Assembly: GCA_964016885.1 (NCBI GenBank)
Contig: OZ024740.1
Location: forward strand, 76,756,001-76,820,000
From: Eledone cirrhosa
Taxonomy: Eukaryota
Direction of reading: 5' to 3'
Length of the DNA stretch: 64,000 nucleotides
Made by a program: the position numbers and the translations under genes. A model generated the notes under the pieces. It was not told where the DNA came from. It did no database searches and worked only from the letters and a program-made list of their open reading frames with translations. Shown one piece after another: positions 26,101-40,897 of this stretch. Every line of letters begins with the position of its first letter. Within the stretch, counting starts at the first letter, position 1.

Positions 26101-26103
<3 letters not shown>
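25210..26103 (+). mobile_element. Mariner transposon with long TIRs (about 92 bp) and a deleted catalytic core
   Basis: TIRs 25210-25302 / 26012-26103 in (TA)n; HTH ..[29 protein letters not shown].., KMVPKLL, VITNDESWIFEYDP joined directly to KGTRFEDVDDIK. Confidence 0.93.
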
Positions 26104-26146
<43 letters not shown>

Positions 26147-26195
26147 AAATGAGGTTTATTATAAAAAAACAAAAACAAAAGAAAAAAACATTTAT

Positions 26196-26437
26196 ATATA
26201 TATATAAGGAAAAGAAATCGAAAATGCAACTGGAGTCTTTTAAGAATATTTTATTTACTTTACCGGCTTCACAGTTCTTATCCTTTTTAAAAGCAAAATT
26301 GAGATGCAGTGTTTCAGTTTCTGTTGTGGTTACCATCCATCTCAATTTTACTTTTGAAAAGCATAAGAACTGTGAAACCGGAAAAGTAAATAAATAAATA
26401 TTCTTAAAGGGGTTCAGTTGCATTTTCGATTTCTTTT
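26196..26437. mobile_element. Fold-back element with U3-A8 variant HHR in both arms
   Basis: Arms of about 105 bp; plus arm 26347-26390 TTTACTT TTGAAAA GCA taagaac TGT GAAA CCGG AA AAGTAAA; the other arm retains CCGG TA. Confidence 0.75.
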
Positions 26438-26944
26438 CCTTATATATATATATATATGCACGCACATACAAATTGTCATTTACTGGATGATTCATATATC
26501 AGTCATTAGCAATTACCAACAAAGGTTATATTTTATGTAAATAAACAAGTAACTGTCTTTAGTTTAAAAGTGGCTGATGAAGTACAATATTTCTGGCCCG
26601 GTCTTTCAGTTTCTTTAAAACATGACAGCCTAATTCATAGCACTATCTACGGGTTGTGGCGTTGTGCAATCTCTGTGATTGAATATACTGTGTGGATGAA
26701 CTAAAAATGCAATGCCTAGGTTAGTTTGCATATATCTACTAAATACTTTCCGGCATGTATTTAACCATACTAAATTCTTATGTCTCCCCGAGTAGAACAC
26801 TCTAAAGGGATTTTCTAATGGAGTTATTATTCGTCAGAATATGAAATATCCATGTTGTCCCTTGGTGCAGTCCCTGCAATTGACATACCAGACACTCATC
26901 TCGCGCAGGTTAATTGACATTGTACCACCTAACTTCATCCGAGA

Positions 26945-27049
<105 letters not shown>

Positions 27050-27087
27050 AGAGAGAGAAAGAGGGAGAATGAGAGAGAGAGACAGAC

Positions 27088-27338
27088 AGAGACCCTAGGA
27101 TTTGCACCTAGAAATTTCCTCTCCGAGGCACAAGTCCAGGAAGGCGTTTTTGTGGGAGACCAGCAGCTGCAACTTATTTCTAGAGCAAAGTAAACTGGTG
27201 CAACGCGAAATAAAGGGTCTTGCGTTGCGCCAGTTTAGTCTGCAGTAGAAATAAGTTGCGACTGCTGGTCTTCCACTAAAACACCATGCCGAACTTGTGT
27301 CCCGGAGGGGAATTTTCTGTGCTAATCCCAGGGTCTCT
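27088..27338. repeat. Inverted pair of SINE 3' halves inside mirror-image (TA)n(GA)n..(TC)n(TA)n
   Basis: gagaccctaggatttgcacctagaaattt.. / ..aattttctgtgctaatcccagggtctc; pivot gcaacgc..gcgttgc near 27205. Confidence 0.8.
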
Positions 27339-27352
27339 CTCTCTCTCCCCCA

Positions 27353-27402
<50 letters not shown>

Positions 27403-27415
27403 ATATATATGTATA

Positions 27416-27710
<295 letters not shown>

Positions 27711-27756
27711 CTATCTATCTATATATATATAAAGTTATATCTATATATATATAAAG

Positions 27757-27851
<95 letters not shown>

Positions 27852-28029
27852 TATTCTACACAATTAAGGTAGGTGGACAAATAACTCTATTAGAACTTGA
27901 TGGAGAAACTACATGATCATCCACTCGAAAAATGGTGGAAAAGCGTAATTGGTTTGTGTGGAAAAGTGATATCTTTTTATATGTCGTTGGGTATGGAAAA
28001 ACTACAAAGCAGGATACTGTTGGCCAATC

Positions 28030-28225
28030 AAACAAATAAGACTTTGGTAGTTAATTAATACAATGTTTTACGATTGTTTCAAATGGCAAAATAAACATAA
28101 TTTTATCGATATGCTCCCCAATACTATGTAATTGCATAACAACTATCGATACAAGTTTGTTATTTTCCCTTTGAAGCGATCGTAAAACCATAGATTAACA
28201 GAGAAAACTTATCTTATTTCGTTGT
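28030..28225. repeat. Old diverged palindrome with possible HHR stem III remnant
   Basis: gttttacgattgtttcaaa / tttgaagcgatcgtaaaac; consensus GAAA CGATCG TA. Confidence 0.55.
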
Positions 28226-29356
28226 ACTTACGTACTTACGTATGTATGTATGTATGTATGTATGTATGTATGTATGTATGTATGTATGTATGTATGTATG
28301 TATGTTTGTGTGTGTATGTGTGTGTGTATGTATGTATGTGTGTATGTATGTGTGGAAGTATGTGAGTATTGATGTATGCATACATATACTATATATAAAT
28401 TATTTTTAATGGATATAACTAAACATTGACAATAAACCTACTTCATTTATTAACTAGTATAAGATTCGTTTTTGAAATCAGGATTAAATACTCTGACAAA
28501 GCGAGAACATTCATACCCACACCCAAACACACACACACCACTCACACACGCAAACACACACACATTAGCGCACGCGTGTATATATATATATATATATATA
28601 TATAAACAAGAAGAGTAAGTCAACATACTCAAAATTATATATATACATATATACGCACTCACTAATATATATGTGAATAGATTTATACGTATGAGCGTTT
28701 GTTTTTTGTTGTTGTTTTTTTGTATATGTGCATATAAATACATTAGTGGATATATATATATATTAATATACATATATAGTTGATATATGCGTGACTATAG
28801 GATTATGTGTGTATATGGTTGCATGAATATTTGTGTATCAGTATCTTGGAGGAGAAAGAGAGAAGAGATTGCTGGTAGAATGTGGGTTGCATATGTGTGT
28901 GTATGTATTACTGTAGGTATGTGTGTTTATGATTGTTTGTATTGATGGTGATGTTGGTGGGGGTAGGTGTTGGGGGAGGTGGGACTGGCGCTGGTTCCTA
29001 AATGACCAGACTGAAGAAATTGGTGAAGCTATAGAAATGAATTATTTTAATATTTCATTTCCGTAGCCTGGTTGTTGCTTTTTTAAGTATTCGCCTGTAA
29101 TCCCACCCTTGCCTGCCATTGCCTCAACTTCCACCACACCACCATATACCCCAACCGGTACCTCCATCTCAAAACAACACTACCATCAACAGCAGCAGTC
29201 CCACTACCAACACTAATACTAACAACACCAACAACACCAACAACATCACCACCATCATCACTATCTAAAGCATCAACACCGTTCTGTCGCCACGCCGCGC
29301 TCTCTATCTCCCTCTCTCAATGTTGAGACTCTTTCTCTCCTTTTTTCTCTGTCTGT

Positions 29357-29413
<57 letters not shown>

Positions 29414-29454
29414 TATGTATATATATACACACACACACACACACACATCTCTCC

Positions 29455-29667
<213 letters not shown>

Positions 29668-29676
29668 CATATATAC

Positions 29677-29726
<50 letters not shown>

Positions 29727-29916
29727 TGTCTTTGTAGCGTTCTGTCTTAGTCTGCATCTGCCTTTCCGGTCCGTCATAATGAAAAAAATAGATAAAATTA
29801 AATTTAAAAACTAAATATTTAAAAAGGAGTTGGGGACGGGAAATTGTGTAGGGGAAGAAGGTAACTTCAAGAGATGGGGGTATTTTGATGAGTTAGCAAC
29901 CGAGGTATGATTGGGT

Positions 29917-30050
<134 letters not shown>

Positions 30051-30056
30051 CGTGTG

Positions 30057-30097
<41 letters not shown>

Positions 30098-30233
30098 GTG
30101 TATGTATGTATATGTATATATAATATGAAATGTATATAATACAAACTGTCAGATATTTAAATTATAATATATACCATACAGCTGCATCAGGAATATTTCT
30201 ACCATATGGAATGGTTTCTGTTTACAGATATCT

Positions 30234-30325
<92 letters not shown>

Positions 30326-31335
30326 TAATATACACCCATTTCGGCTACTTGTTCTTAGTTGTTTTTGTCAGACAATCAACTTACTTACTCGAGTTAATAG
30401 ATGTATTCATCAATGGAAATTGAATCAATTTCTCTCCAATAGCGACAGCTATATTTGAAGTGTTTACTATATTAATAAAACCTTATTGCAGCTATTTACC
30501 GCCAAAGAAACTGTCCAAATACTCTTGCCCAAAATATCGGTTGTGCTGGGTCACCGCCTTAAAAGGATGTTGACAACGATACCGTTCCAAATACTTATTT
30601 CTTTCAAATCTAATGCATATTTTACTTAGCGAACGTTAAAATACAAGACGTTTTTGTTATACCTCAATCAGATCAAGCTGGAACGCCTTTCCGATACCTC
30701 TGTCTGATATTGTTTTTCAAAATATATATCAACACCTTGTCTTGATCTCTGAAACATAATCTTTGAAAATTGATTGCAGTTCGATTTTTACTGGCCTTTC
30801 AACTGAGCAATATAATAAAGTACCAGTAATGAACTGGGTAATTTGCTGGCCTTGTGCCTAAAGTAGAAACAAATATAATACACATGCACGCATACTCCCA
30901 CACCCATCCGCACACTCAATATCGCACGTATAAATGCACACACATACATTCACACATACACATATACATTCACACGTACACTCATATACATGCATAAATG
31001 CATACATGCATACACACATACATTCATATATACATACATATACATGCATGCACACACAAACATACATATATACATACATACATACATTACTACATACATA
31101 CATACATACATACATACATACATACATACATACATACATACATACATACATACATACATACATACAAAGAACGAGAGAGACAAAATGTTAACTGGTGTTG
31201 GAAATAATATTGTATACAGTCATAATGAGGAAAACATTATTTTAAGTTCTATCTCACGGCAAAATATATATTCAGAGTCTGGACTATTTTGTAAAACTTA
31301 TCTTCAGACAAGACAAATGAAGATTTATTATTTTC

Positions 31336-31538
31336 GCGGTAGAGCGTCGGATAACATGCTTAGTGGCATAGAGTGATAACCCTTTACGTTCTGAGTTCAA
31401 ATCCCGTCGATGTCAGCTTTACCTTTCATTCTTACGGGGTCGATAAAATAAAGCACCAGTAATGCACTGGCTTCGATTTAATCGAGTTTCCCCTCCGCCA
31501 GAATTTCTAGCCTTGTGCCTGTAGTAGAAGTCATTATT
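31336..31538 (+). mobile_element. Meta-like SINE
   Basis: cggtagagcgtcgg..ctgagttcaaatccc..cttacggggtcgataaaataaag..ccttgtgcctgtagtagaa. Confidence 0.85.
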
Positions 31539-31885
31539 TTCGAGAGAATGTATATAGACATAGGATGGTTGGAGTGATTAACACCTCCAAGCCTTTTTAA
31601 GGTCCTATGGAATTCTATGATGTACACACAGTCAAACGGCTAGAGTAGTGACCCGATGACGGGCTGTACCAATTACTTAAACTTGATTGATTGGCCAGCA
31701 AGTGATATATTGGAGCCCTTGTGACGTTGTTCTTCTGAAGAATCTTTCGTTTCTGATATGAACAATATGACTGTTGTATACTGAAGGCCTGTTCTATCAA
31801 TTATATTTCATTCACTTTACTGTCTGGAGATGCGGATGGCTGAAACAGTAGTGCTGGAAGTAATGCCTTGCATTATTTAATTACA

Positions 31886-32107
31886 GGGTGCTGGATTGGC
31901 AGTGTCGGTAGAGCATCGGGCAACATGCTTTACGGTGTATAATTACGGTTCTTTATGTTCTTAGTTCAAATCCCGCCGAGGTTAGCTTTGCCTTTCATCC
32001 TTACGGAGGTCGATAAAATAAAGTACCAGTAAAGCGCTGGGGTCGATTTAATGGCTCCTCCCCCATCAAAATCGTTGGCATTGTGCCTAACTCAGAATGC
32101 ATTATTT
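31886..32107 (+). mobile_element. Meta-like SINE
   Basis: ggattggcagtgtcggtagagc..agttcaaatcccgccgaggttagctttgcctttcatcc. Confidence 0.85.
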
Positions 32108-32704
32108 AGTGAGATACCTATATGTTCTGAGATCGAATCTACATTTTATTTTAACATGAGTGGATATATATTAAATACCGATCAAATACTGGGTGTCAAA
32201 TATAATGCCCTACTATATCCATTTTTATTATTCTAATGCTATCGTTATTTCTTCTACGATTTAGTCAATTTTCTTTAGTGTGGAGTAGGGGATGATTATA
32301 AATCTGCCTATGTTTGGAAAGTCCGAAAATTGGAGCTCCCAGTTCACTTCTGTTGTAAACTCTCGTGTGAAAAACTGTCAGATTTGATTAGTAACCAATA
32401 GTGATGAGGTGAAATGAATTTCATTTGGAGATAATTAAAAATCAGAATGTTTATTTAATATTTAATGAGAACACATTGATCCTAATTCGTTAAAGACCGT
32501 CAAAATTCAAGAAATTAATTACTTATAGTCCCAAGACAGTCATTAGATAGCGGAACTAAAATAAATGAATGAATAAAAAAGACAAAAAGCATTTCGAAAA
32601 AGGTTATTTAAAATCACAAAGAAGGGTAAAATAAAATGAACACGAGTACAAATCATTTAAGAAGGTATGATTTGAAGTTCGAAGTGCATTTCGAAGTGCA
32701 TCTG

Positions 32705-32766
<62 letters not shown>

Positions 32767-32873
32767 CACAGCCGTAGAGTCGATGTATCTGCTTTAGTTT
32801 CCAACCTTTGTAAACGTGAAGGGAATATGTATATATTGCTGGACTTTGGACTGGATATTAGCGACCATGTTGT

Positions 32874-32951
<78 letters not shown>

Positions 32952-32965
32952 CATACATATATATA

Positions 32966-33130
32966 TCTTATTTCTCATTCTTTCTTCTGGTGAAGGACTA
33001 GCATCCGAAACGTTAAGACCCTCTTCCTGCTATATCAAGCGTTAACCTAATATATCCTTTCCATATGCTGTAACGATTGTGTTGTTATTTCTGTTTACCT
33101 TTTACACACACACAGAGAGACACACACACA
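32966..33130 (+). mobile_element. Short HHR-bearing pLTR-like fragment (decayed core CTGGTGA); twin at 38478-38620
   Basis: TCTT CTGGTGA aggac tagc atcc GAAA CG TT AAGA at 32983-33018; downstream near-identical to 38530-38612. Confidence 0.8.
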
Positions 33131-33154
33131 CACATACACACACACACACATTTT

Positions 33155-33194
<40 letters not shown>

Positions 33195-33529
33195 AATATA
33201 TATATATATAATATATATATATAAAGTATAAGAGTGTGTGTTTTTGTGCGAGTGTGTGGGAGTGTGGGCTTATATGTGTGCGTGTGTGAGTATGTTTGTA
33301 GACACCTGACCATAGCCATTGTTAGCTTAAGTGAACCTTAAAAATCAGGAGTGGCACCCCCAGAGGGAACTTGTTTAGAAAATTCTTTCTGCTTTTGTTA
33401 CTCTAAATATAGTTTTTAAAGAATTCCCTTTTCTTTAAACCCATCAACCAATGATCTCCACCCATCCCATTCACCATCCTCTCCTACCACCAGGAAAGAT
33501 ATAAATATCACCATATTGCTTGGACAGTC

Positions 33530-33650
33530 GGTTTCCTGATGAAACAGTTCTAGTCCTGTAGAGGCCTTTCTATATTGAATATATATACTCTGCTTTTTAT
33601 TGAGTACCTAACTTACTGTGGTTACCCCCGATTGAACACGGGATAAACTT
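33530..33650 (+). mobile_element. Family A copy 4 (stem II deleted)
   Basis: ggtttc CTGAT GAAA CAG ttctagtc CTG TA gaggcc plus the family tail. Confidence 0.8.
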
Positions 33651-33660
33651 ATATATATAT

Positions 33661-35056
33661 ATATTGTTATACTTTGGGAGGGTCATGTTGCCAATAAGAA
33701 ACACACGCACCAGTAGCTTTCACTTCAATTTATTATAAATTAAATTATAAATTTAAAAAAATAAAAATAAAAATTTATAAGTTTCCGGTTGGTTGGTTCC
33801 ACAACCGCACGGTTATTCATATATTGTCAAGGTTATTTCATCACACATTCTGTGACCTCATCAGTGACTGGGGAATCTTTTCTTTGTTTTGTGCCTCTCC
33901 TTTGTTCTGTCCTACGCCATCTTGTTTGTGTGTACTGTGTGCTTAGTTTGCGCATGTGTTACATCCGGGTGTCTGTGTGTATTTTTATTTGTTTATTTAT
34001 TTGTATATTTACATGTTACTAGATAGTTGTTTGTTCTATGTGTGTGTGTTTTCATTTTGTCCTTAATTGTAAGTTGTGATGTTGCTATTCCAATCATGTT
34101 TTCTATTTAATTTTGGTTGGAGTTCATTTATGTTTATTGCCTCTGTGATTTGTCTAAACATTGCGTCTTTTCTGTGTGTAGATTTTATTTTTATTTCTAT
34201 GTTCTCTAATTTGCCCTTATGTTCTATTTTAGCATGTTTGTGGAGTACTGATGAGGCTTTTCTATCGTGGAGTTCTCGCCAGTGTTCATTTAATCGTTCT
34301 CCTATGCTATGAGCTGTCTCACCTATGTACATTATATTCTTATCTTTACATTGTCCCTCAGTACATCTTATGCTATATACTATGTTTCTAGTTTTACAGT
34401 TAATATGGGGGCTTAGTTTACAGATTATGCATTTCTTCTCTATGCAGGGAGATCTTTGAAAAGGGTATGTATTACTAATAAGTGTTTTTATGGAGGTACC
34501 TGGTCTTTCCACTATCTTAATATTTAGTTTAAGTTTATCTAGGGCCCTTCTAAATTTGTAAGCTAGTTCACCTCTAGGGGTTGTATTGATGAACATTACA
34601 CTCTGGTATCTATTGCTATCATACCATGAGTTTATTTTATTAACCTTATTGCTAGTTCTTTCTATTCTATTCCAAAACAAAATTTGCTCCTATACAAGGG
34701 GCAGGTCCAATTTGTATCATTATTTACCATTTTTTCCCATTTGGTTCTGGCTCCTCTATATACTCTGATTGTAACCAGAGAACTGCATACGGTGGATGAA
34801 GTGTTGTATGTGTCTCTCTAGTTCTTTGGGGTTGCACATGTGGGACACGTTCATCATCACCCTTACTAAATCCGCAATCAGTATGTTGATTTTGGTGTGA
34901 TCCAAAACAGCTGAGTTTCGGTAGATCAGATATTTGGAAGTCATGGGTTTGGCATAATGGGAATGGAGGATTTGTCTTTTGTTATTAATTGAAGTTAAAG
35001 CAGCTGGTGCGTGTGTTTCTTATTGGCAACATGACCCTCCCAAAATATAACAATAT
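33661..35056 (-). mobile_element. 5'-truncated Penelope-like element (RT thumb, Cys linker, GIY-YIG, 3' pLTR) capped by an inverted copy of its own 3' terminus
   Basis: HYAKPMTSKY..HRMQFSGY; ORF 34063-34680 PCIEKKCIIC..NCKTRNIVYSIRC..MYIGETAHSIGERLNEH; about 71-bp inverted termini 33661-33732 / 34986-35056; decayed HHR 33826-33868. Confidence 0.92.
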
Positions 35057-35250
35057 CGGTTTCAACACACGTTTTCAGATAAAGAATCTTGCTAAACAAA
35101 TTCAGAAACGAAATATATATATATATATATTATGAAATTGGGAACTTGGGGGTGGCTGACCGGGCTAGAAGCTGCTAAATGTTCGGCCGCCACCCTGTCT
35201 CTGCTTTTCAGCCCCATGGATTTTGTCTATCATATTCCTTGTTATATTTC

Positions 35251-35315
35251 GAATACCTGATGATGTCACCGGATTCATACTGAACCCGGTCACTGAAACT
35301 TTTAAAGGAATTACA
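35251..35315 (+). ncRNA. Partial hammerhead motif
   Basis: CTGATGA tgtcaCCGG attca tac tgaac CCGGtcact GAAA CTTT t AAAG; cleavage site and stem I not convincing. Confidence 0.45.
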
Positions 35316-35505
35316 CCAGTCCAACCTCCTGTTATTTTATAATAATTAACTCCGTACTCGCACCACCAACAACACAAACGAAGACGGGTGAATTGCATTA
35401 CGTCGAGTGCTCTCCCTAATATTACATCGAGGTTGACCATATGGAATGACCAGTTCTATCCAGTGGTGAACCAACAAACCTAAATATATATATATATATA
35501 TATAT

Positions 35506-36003
35506 ATATTGTTATACTTTGGGAGGGTCATGTTGCCAATAAGAAACACACGCACCAGTTGCTTTCACTTCAATTTATTATAATAAATTTATAATAAATT
35601 TATAAATTTATAAATTTCTGGTTGGTTGGTTGGTTCCACAACCAGATAGTTGTTTATATATTGTCATAGTTCTTTCGTCACACACTCTGTGACCTCTTCA
35701 GTGACTGGGGATTCCTTTCTTTGTTTTTGTGCCTCTCCTTTGTTCTGTCCTACGCCATTTTGTTTCTGTTTGTGTGTTGTGTATCAGTCTGCGCATGCGC
35801 CACATCCGGGTGTCTGTGTGTGTTTATGTTCATTTATTTATTTGTTTATTTAAATGTTACTGGTTGGTTGTTTGTTCTATGTGTGTGTGTGTATTCCTTT
35901 TGTCCTTAATTGTAAGTTGTGATGTTGCTGTTCCACTCATATTTTCTATTTAATTTTGGTTGTAATTCTTTTATGTTTATTGCCTCTGTGATTTAAGCAA
36001 ACA
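35506..36003 (-). mobile_element. Penelope-like 3' end (same family as 5299 and 33661)
   Basis: ITEAINIKELQPKLNRKYEW, 3' UTR and identical terminus ending in (TA)n. Confidence 0.9.
35663..35705 (-). ncRNA. Type I hammerhead ribozyme in Penelope 3' UTR
   Basis: GTCA CTGAAGA g GTCACA gagtg TGTGAC GAAA GAAC TA TGAC. Confidence 0.8.
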
Positions 36004-36484
36004 ATTTATGTTTATTGCCTCTAATTAGAGCAAACATCACGAGCTCTATCTCAAAATTATTTTTGAAAAGCATTAGAAATGCGCAACCAGTAAAAATTTA
36101 AAACTAAAACTGAATACTAACCAATACTTATTACTAATTTCTACTTATTCCTAATTAAACTATTTTTCACTGGGAAAAATTTGTCACCATTTTCTTTTCC
36201 TTTTTACTAATATATCACAACTCGTGTGTCACACCTCTATTTAAAAAAAAAAAATATATATATAATCATGTATATTTTTATTTGTTTGACCCGAATTACT
36301 TGATCGTTTTTTTTCTTTGGCTTCGCGAATGATTGTTTAACCATCGTCTCAGTGTGTTTGGTATTAAACGTTAGTTATAGCTCTGGTTCATCCGAACCAC
36401 TGAGCACATTGCCACACATCTCGGAAGTTGTTTTTCGTTATTTCGTGGGCCGAAGTTGCGATTCTCGATAATTTTAATTTTATT

Positions 36485-36516
<32 letters not shown>

Positions 36517-36521
<5 letters not shown>

Positions 36522-36599
36522 AATCCGAATATATATGATAAAAAATATATGTACACGTGTGTATATATATATATATAAACACATGTACATATATATACG

Positions 36600-36658
<59 letters not shown>

Positions 36659-36712
36659 ATGTCTGTGTATGTGTATGTATGTGTACAAATTGTCTGTGTA
36701 TATATATATACG

Positions 36713-36756
<44 letters not shown>

Positions 36757-36848
36757 TATATATGCATACACATACATATACACATATAAACACACACATA
36801 TACACATATATATATATATACACACAATGTGTACACATACATACACAT

Positions 36849-36880
<32 letters not shown>

Positions 36881-36973
36881 TTATATATGTATGTGTGTAT
36901 ATATATGTACATGTGTGTATATATCTATATACACACGTGTACATATATTTTTTATCATATATATTCGGATTTT
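36517..36973. repeat. Inverted repeats of about 50 bp enclosing microsatellite DNA
   Basis: aaaatccgaatatatatgataaaaaatatatgtacacgtgtgtatat and its reverse complement at 36926-36973. Confidence 0.85.
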
Positions 36974-36999
36974 AGTCTTCACATTTATTATTATTATTA

Positions 37000-37183
37000 T
37001 TGGCAGTATTAGTAGAGGCCCGGACGCCATGCTTTGCAGCACAGTTACGTCCCTTTGCGGACTGAGCTCAAATCCCGCCGAGGTTAACGTTGCTTTTCAT
37101 CCTTACGGGGCCGATAAAATAAAGTACCAGTAATACACTGAGAAAATTGCTGGTCTTGTGCCAAAAAGTTGAAACAATTATTA
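37000..37183 (+). mobile_element. Meta-like SINE
   Basis: tggcagtattagtaga..caaatcccgccgaggttaac..tcatccttacggggccgataaaataaagtacc. Confidence 0.85.
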
Positions 37184-37187
37184 TCAC

Positions 37188-37230
<43 letters not shown>

Positions 37231-37395
37231 ATGGTGAAATTCTCAGAGAAGAGGGAAAGTACTCAATACAGAAATAACTGCAATTATTTCGTATCTGTTA
37301 TAAATAGATATGTAGAGAAAAATAATATAATGTATGTAACATATAAAATAAGTCAAAATACGTTTATTAATACTGTATAAACATATGCTATATAT

Positions 37396-37463
<68 letters not shown>

Positions 37464-37609
37464 GGAGAAGGTGGCATTCGAAATAGCACGGAAAATATAT
37501 TTAAGAGTCTGTTTTTCTTTTTCTTTCTTTTTTTTTCCTTTCCTTGATTCATCAGAGTGACATTATTGAAAAGATGAGAGGAATAATTCTTTTAAAAAAG
37601 TGTTTTATA

Positions 37610-37646
<37 letters not shown>

Positions 37647-37701
37647 TATGAAACGAAAGGATATATATATATATATATATATATAAAGTTATGAAACGAA
37701 A

Positions 37702-38081
<380 letters not shown>

Positions 38082-38493
38082 TATATGTGTATGGGTGTGT
38101 GTTAACTTACTTTCTCAAGATATGAGGCCATATTAATTCATCGAGATATATAATAATTATATTTTCATTTTATTATATTTATTTCCTGTCTTTGTATTTT
38201 ATATACATCTGTAATTAATTTTGATACATCTGTTGTTTCGTGTTTTATTATATTACATAAATCTCACTATATTATAATATATCTTATATATATTGTATAT
38301 ATGAATTATATGAGTGTAAGCATATATGCACGTATTCAATATTGTCTACTATAGTGTCGGATTAATCAATGACTTGCAAGCAAAATTTGATAAATGGAAA
38401 CAACTGAAGGCCAGGACCTGTTATTTTTATCTAAAGACATGTTTTCCAATTCCAACCCGCCCGTCCCCTCAATCTATTTTATTTCTCATTCTT

Positions 38494-38529
38494 TCTTCTG
38501 ATGAGGGACTAGCGTCCGAAACGTTAAGA
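38494..38529 (+). ncRNA. Minimal type I hammerhead ribozyme
   Basis: TCTT CTGATGA g GGAC tagc GTCC GAAA CG TT AAGA (AACGTT palindrome). Confidence 0.8.
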
Positions 38530-38611
38530 CCCTCTTCCTGCTATATCAAGCGTTAATATAATATATACCTTCCATATACTGTACCGATTGTGTTATTTCT
38601 GTTTACCTTTT

Positions 38612-38654
<43 letters not shown>

Positions 38655-38881
38655 CATATATACAGTATTTACGTATCGAGAAAGAGAAAAAAAGGGGAGG
38701 ATATGTGATACATATAGTTATTTGCCAAGTAACGTATGCCGAAGGTGCTCGATACTAGTGCCGGCAGTATTAAATATTCGAAGTGTTAATATTTAGTGGA
38801 CTAGAGAGTTAGCAGAGCGTAAGCACGTGGGAAAGTAAAAAATCGGAAAAATAGACCGTTAAAACATGTTTATTTAAAACA

Positions 38882-38921
38882 GCACCTACGTACGTTTCGC
38901 CCAGTTGGGCTTCTCAAGGGC
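38882..38921 (-). ncRNA. Hammerhead ribozyme with U3-A8 core
   Basis: GCCC TTGAGAA GCCCA ac TGGGC GAAA CGTACG TA GGtGC. Confidence 0.75.
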
Positions 38922-39218
38922 ATAAATAATCACAAGTGTTCCTTATATTGCTCGGAAAGAGTTTTTGGGGTTAAATCCACATCAAGGTTCATTGCTCGCA
39001 AAAATATCTTGTTTTGATTTTGCAGCAGGTCAAGGGAGGTAACTCTGGCCGGTGTTAGGGCAGTCTTTCCCGGACAATTTTTTTTTTTTTTTTTTCCTTG
39101 CCGCAACTGTTTGTCTGAGGCTGTGTCTGGTATGCAAGGATTGTTTCCTGGGTGTTATTTTGCAGCGCCTGCCCTCCGGGGTGTTAAGACTTGTTGCAGG
39201 GAGATCCGGTGTACGGTT

Positions 39219-40235
39219 TCACTCCTCATCCTTAACCCATCTGAAGAAGGATATTTTTAAGCGATGTGTACAACTTATCGCTGTTTCAGCTCTGCTGTTG
39301 ATGAGCTCGTGGGGTGCAGTTATGATGTGGTAGAGCTCCATGAGGCAAAGATCGCATTTCCTCTTGAAGTTGTACGGTGCAGCCCGGCCGACAATCTCCC
39401 AGTGCGTGGAGAAGCTGATGTTTAAGTCCTTTAGTGATGTGATGTAGTCCGCGAGCGAAGTGGAGTGCCTTAGTTTTCTATTTGTGAAAGAGTGGAGATG
39501 TGTTCGAAACCTAATTTTGAACGGGCCGGAGGTAGCCCCTATATAATGTTTAACGCTATTGTGGCTGGTAATAGTGCATCTATATATAACCCTATCAGTC
39601 AAGCAGTATCCTCTAAGGGGGAAGCGTCCTCTGTCGCGGCAGTTGCAATTTCTGTCGCGGTTCCGTCTATTTCCCACGGTAAGGCTATCATTGTTGCTGC
39701 CTACGTTGTTACCTACGCTACCGCAGCTGTCGTTAGCACCATTACAACCCACAGCACGCGGGGTGGTGCGATTGTTATTCCGCACGTCATGTCCTGCATT
39801 GTCTCCAGTCATTTCGCGATTATGCTGGTTGCGTCTGCGGATGCCGTTGCCAACACTATTGGATGCTGCCAGGAAGTTGTTAAGGCCGATATAGTTATTG
39901 TCAGGTGTAGGTGCGTCTGTGTCGAGGTGCTGTGTCTTGGTGATCTTACTGTGGTTCGTTGTTCCTATGATGTCTGCTAGGTTAGGAGTAGTAGAGAAGG
40001 ATATTTTTATATTGTTCCTATTAAGAATTTTTCTATACCTATGGTTGGGCGGGAAGTTCTTCTCTAAGGCTTCGAAGAACATCCGGGGTATGTTGGAGGC
40101 CACACCCCGAGAGTAGGGGGGGAGGGGGAACCATAGGACGTTACGGTGGCGATTACGTGTCCTTGTACTTTTGCTACGGGTGGTTCCATCTAGGTGACCG
40201 CTCTTATGTGTGTTAATGCGCAGTCGCCCGTTCGG
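39219..40235 (-). CDS. C-terminal part of a Penelope-like polyprotein: post-RT region, Cys linker, GIY-YIG endonuclease
   Basis: RNVLWFPLPPYS..FPPNHRYRKILNRNNIKISFS; CNCRDRGRFPLRGYCL..VIYRCTI..HYIGATSGPFKIRFRTH..CDLCLME. Confidence 0.85.
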   Translation of the reverse strand, partial: PNGRLRINTHKSGHLDGTTRSKSTRTRNRHRNVLWFPLPPYSRGVASNIPRMFFEALEKNFPPNHRYRKILNRNNIKISFSTTPNLADIIGTTNHSKITKTQHLDTDAPTPDNNYIGLNNFLAASNSVGNGIRRRNQHNREMTGDNAGHDVRNNNRTTPRAVGCNGANDSCGSVGNNVGSNNDSLTVGNRRNRDRNCNCRDRGRFPLRGYCLTDRVIYRCTITSHNSVKHYIGATSGPFKIRFRTHLHSFTNRKLRHSTSLADYITSLKDLNISFSTHWEIVGRAAPYNFKRKCDLCLMELYHIITAPHELINSRAETAISCTHRLKISFFRWVKDEE

Positions 40236-40693
40236 TGCCCCTTTCACTTTATGCTCGGGTGCACTCTTTCTACCTCATCCATGTTTATGTACACGAAGAT
40301 GTTGGTTGGAAGGCGTTGATAGTAGGCCGTCGCCTTTGTTGGTTTTGTAATAGGGGAATAGTTCGAGTAATCTACAGTGTTCACCGTCGCCGGGGTCGTG
40401 ATCTTTGGTGCGGTTATCTATTCTATTATATCCGACTTCAACGAGGTCGCCGCGTGATCGCTTATAGGTATGGCTTACTATAACGTTTGTTATATATATA
40501 TATATATATATTAGTATTGGTGCTCTGTAATAGCGATGTATATATGATTGTTATTAACATTCACAGTGAATGGTCTTCAAAATGTTTTAAATTAAACAAA
40601 CAACATATTATCAAATATACTATAGATACACACACACACAGTGTCCAAAACATCATTCTAATCAGTGTGTATTAACTTTTAGGGACACCCTGC

Positions 40694-40897
<204 letters not shown>

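Larger units (their letters stand above)
38660..40240 (-). mobile_element. Penelope-like element of a second lineage, 5'-truncated
   Basis: GIY-YIG ORF followed by a 3' UTR of about 560 bp containing an HHR and ending in TA-rich repeat. Confidence 0.85.

Noticed and set aside
37640-37705. Duplicated aagttatgaaacgaaagga within (TA)n
   Set aside because: Explained by slippage duplication inside the microsatellite.
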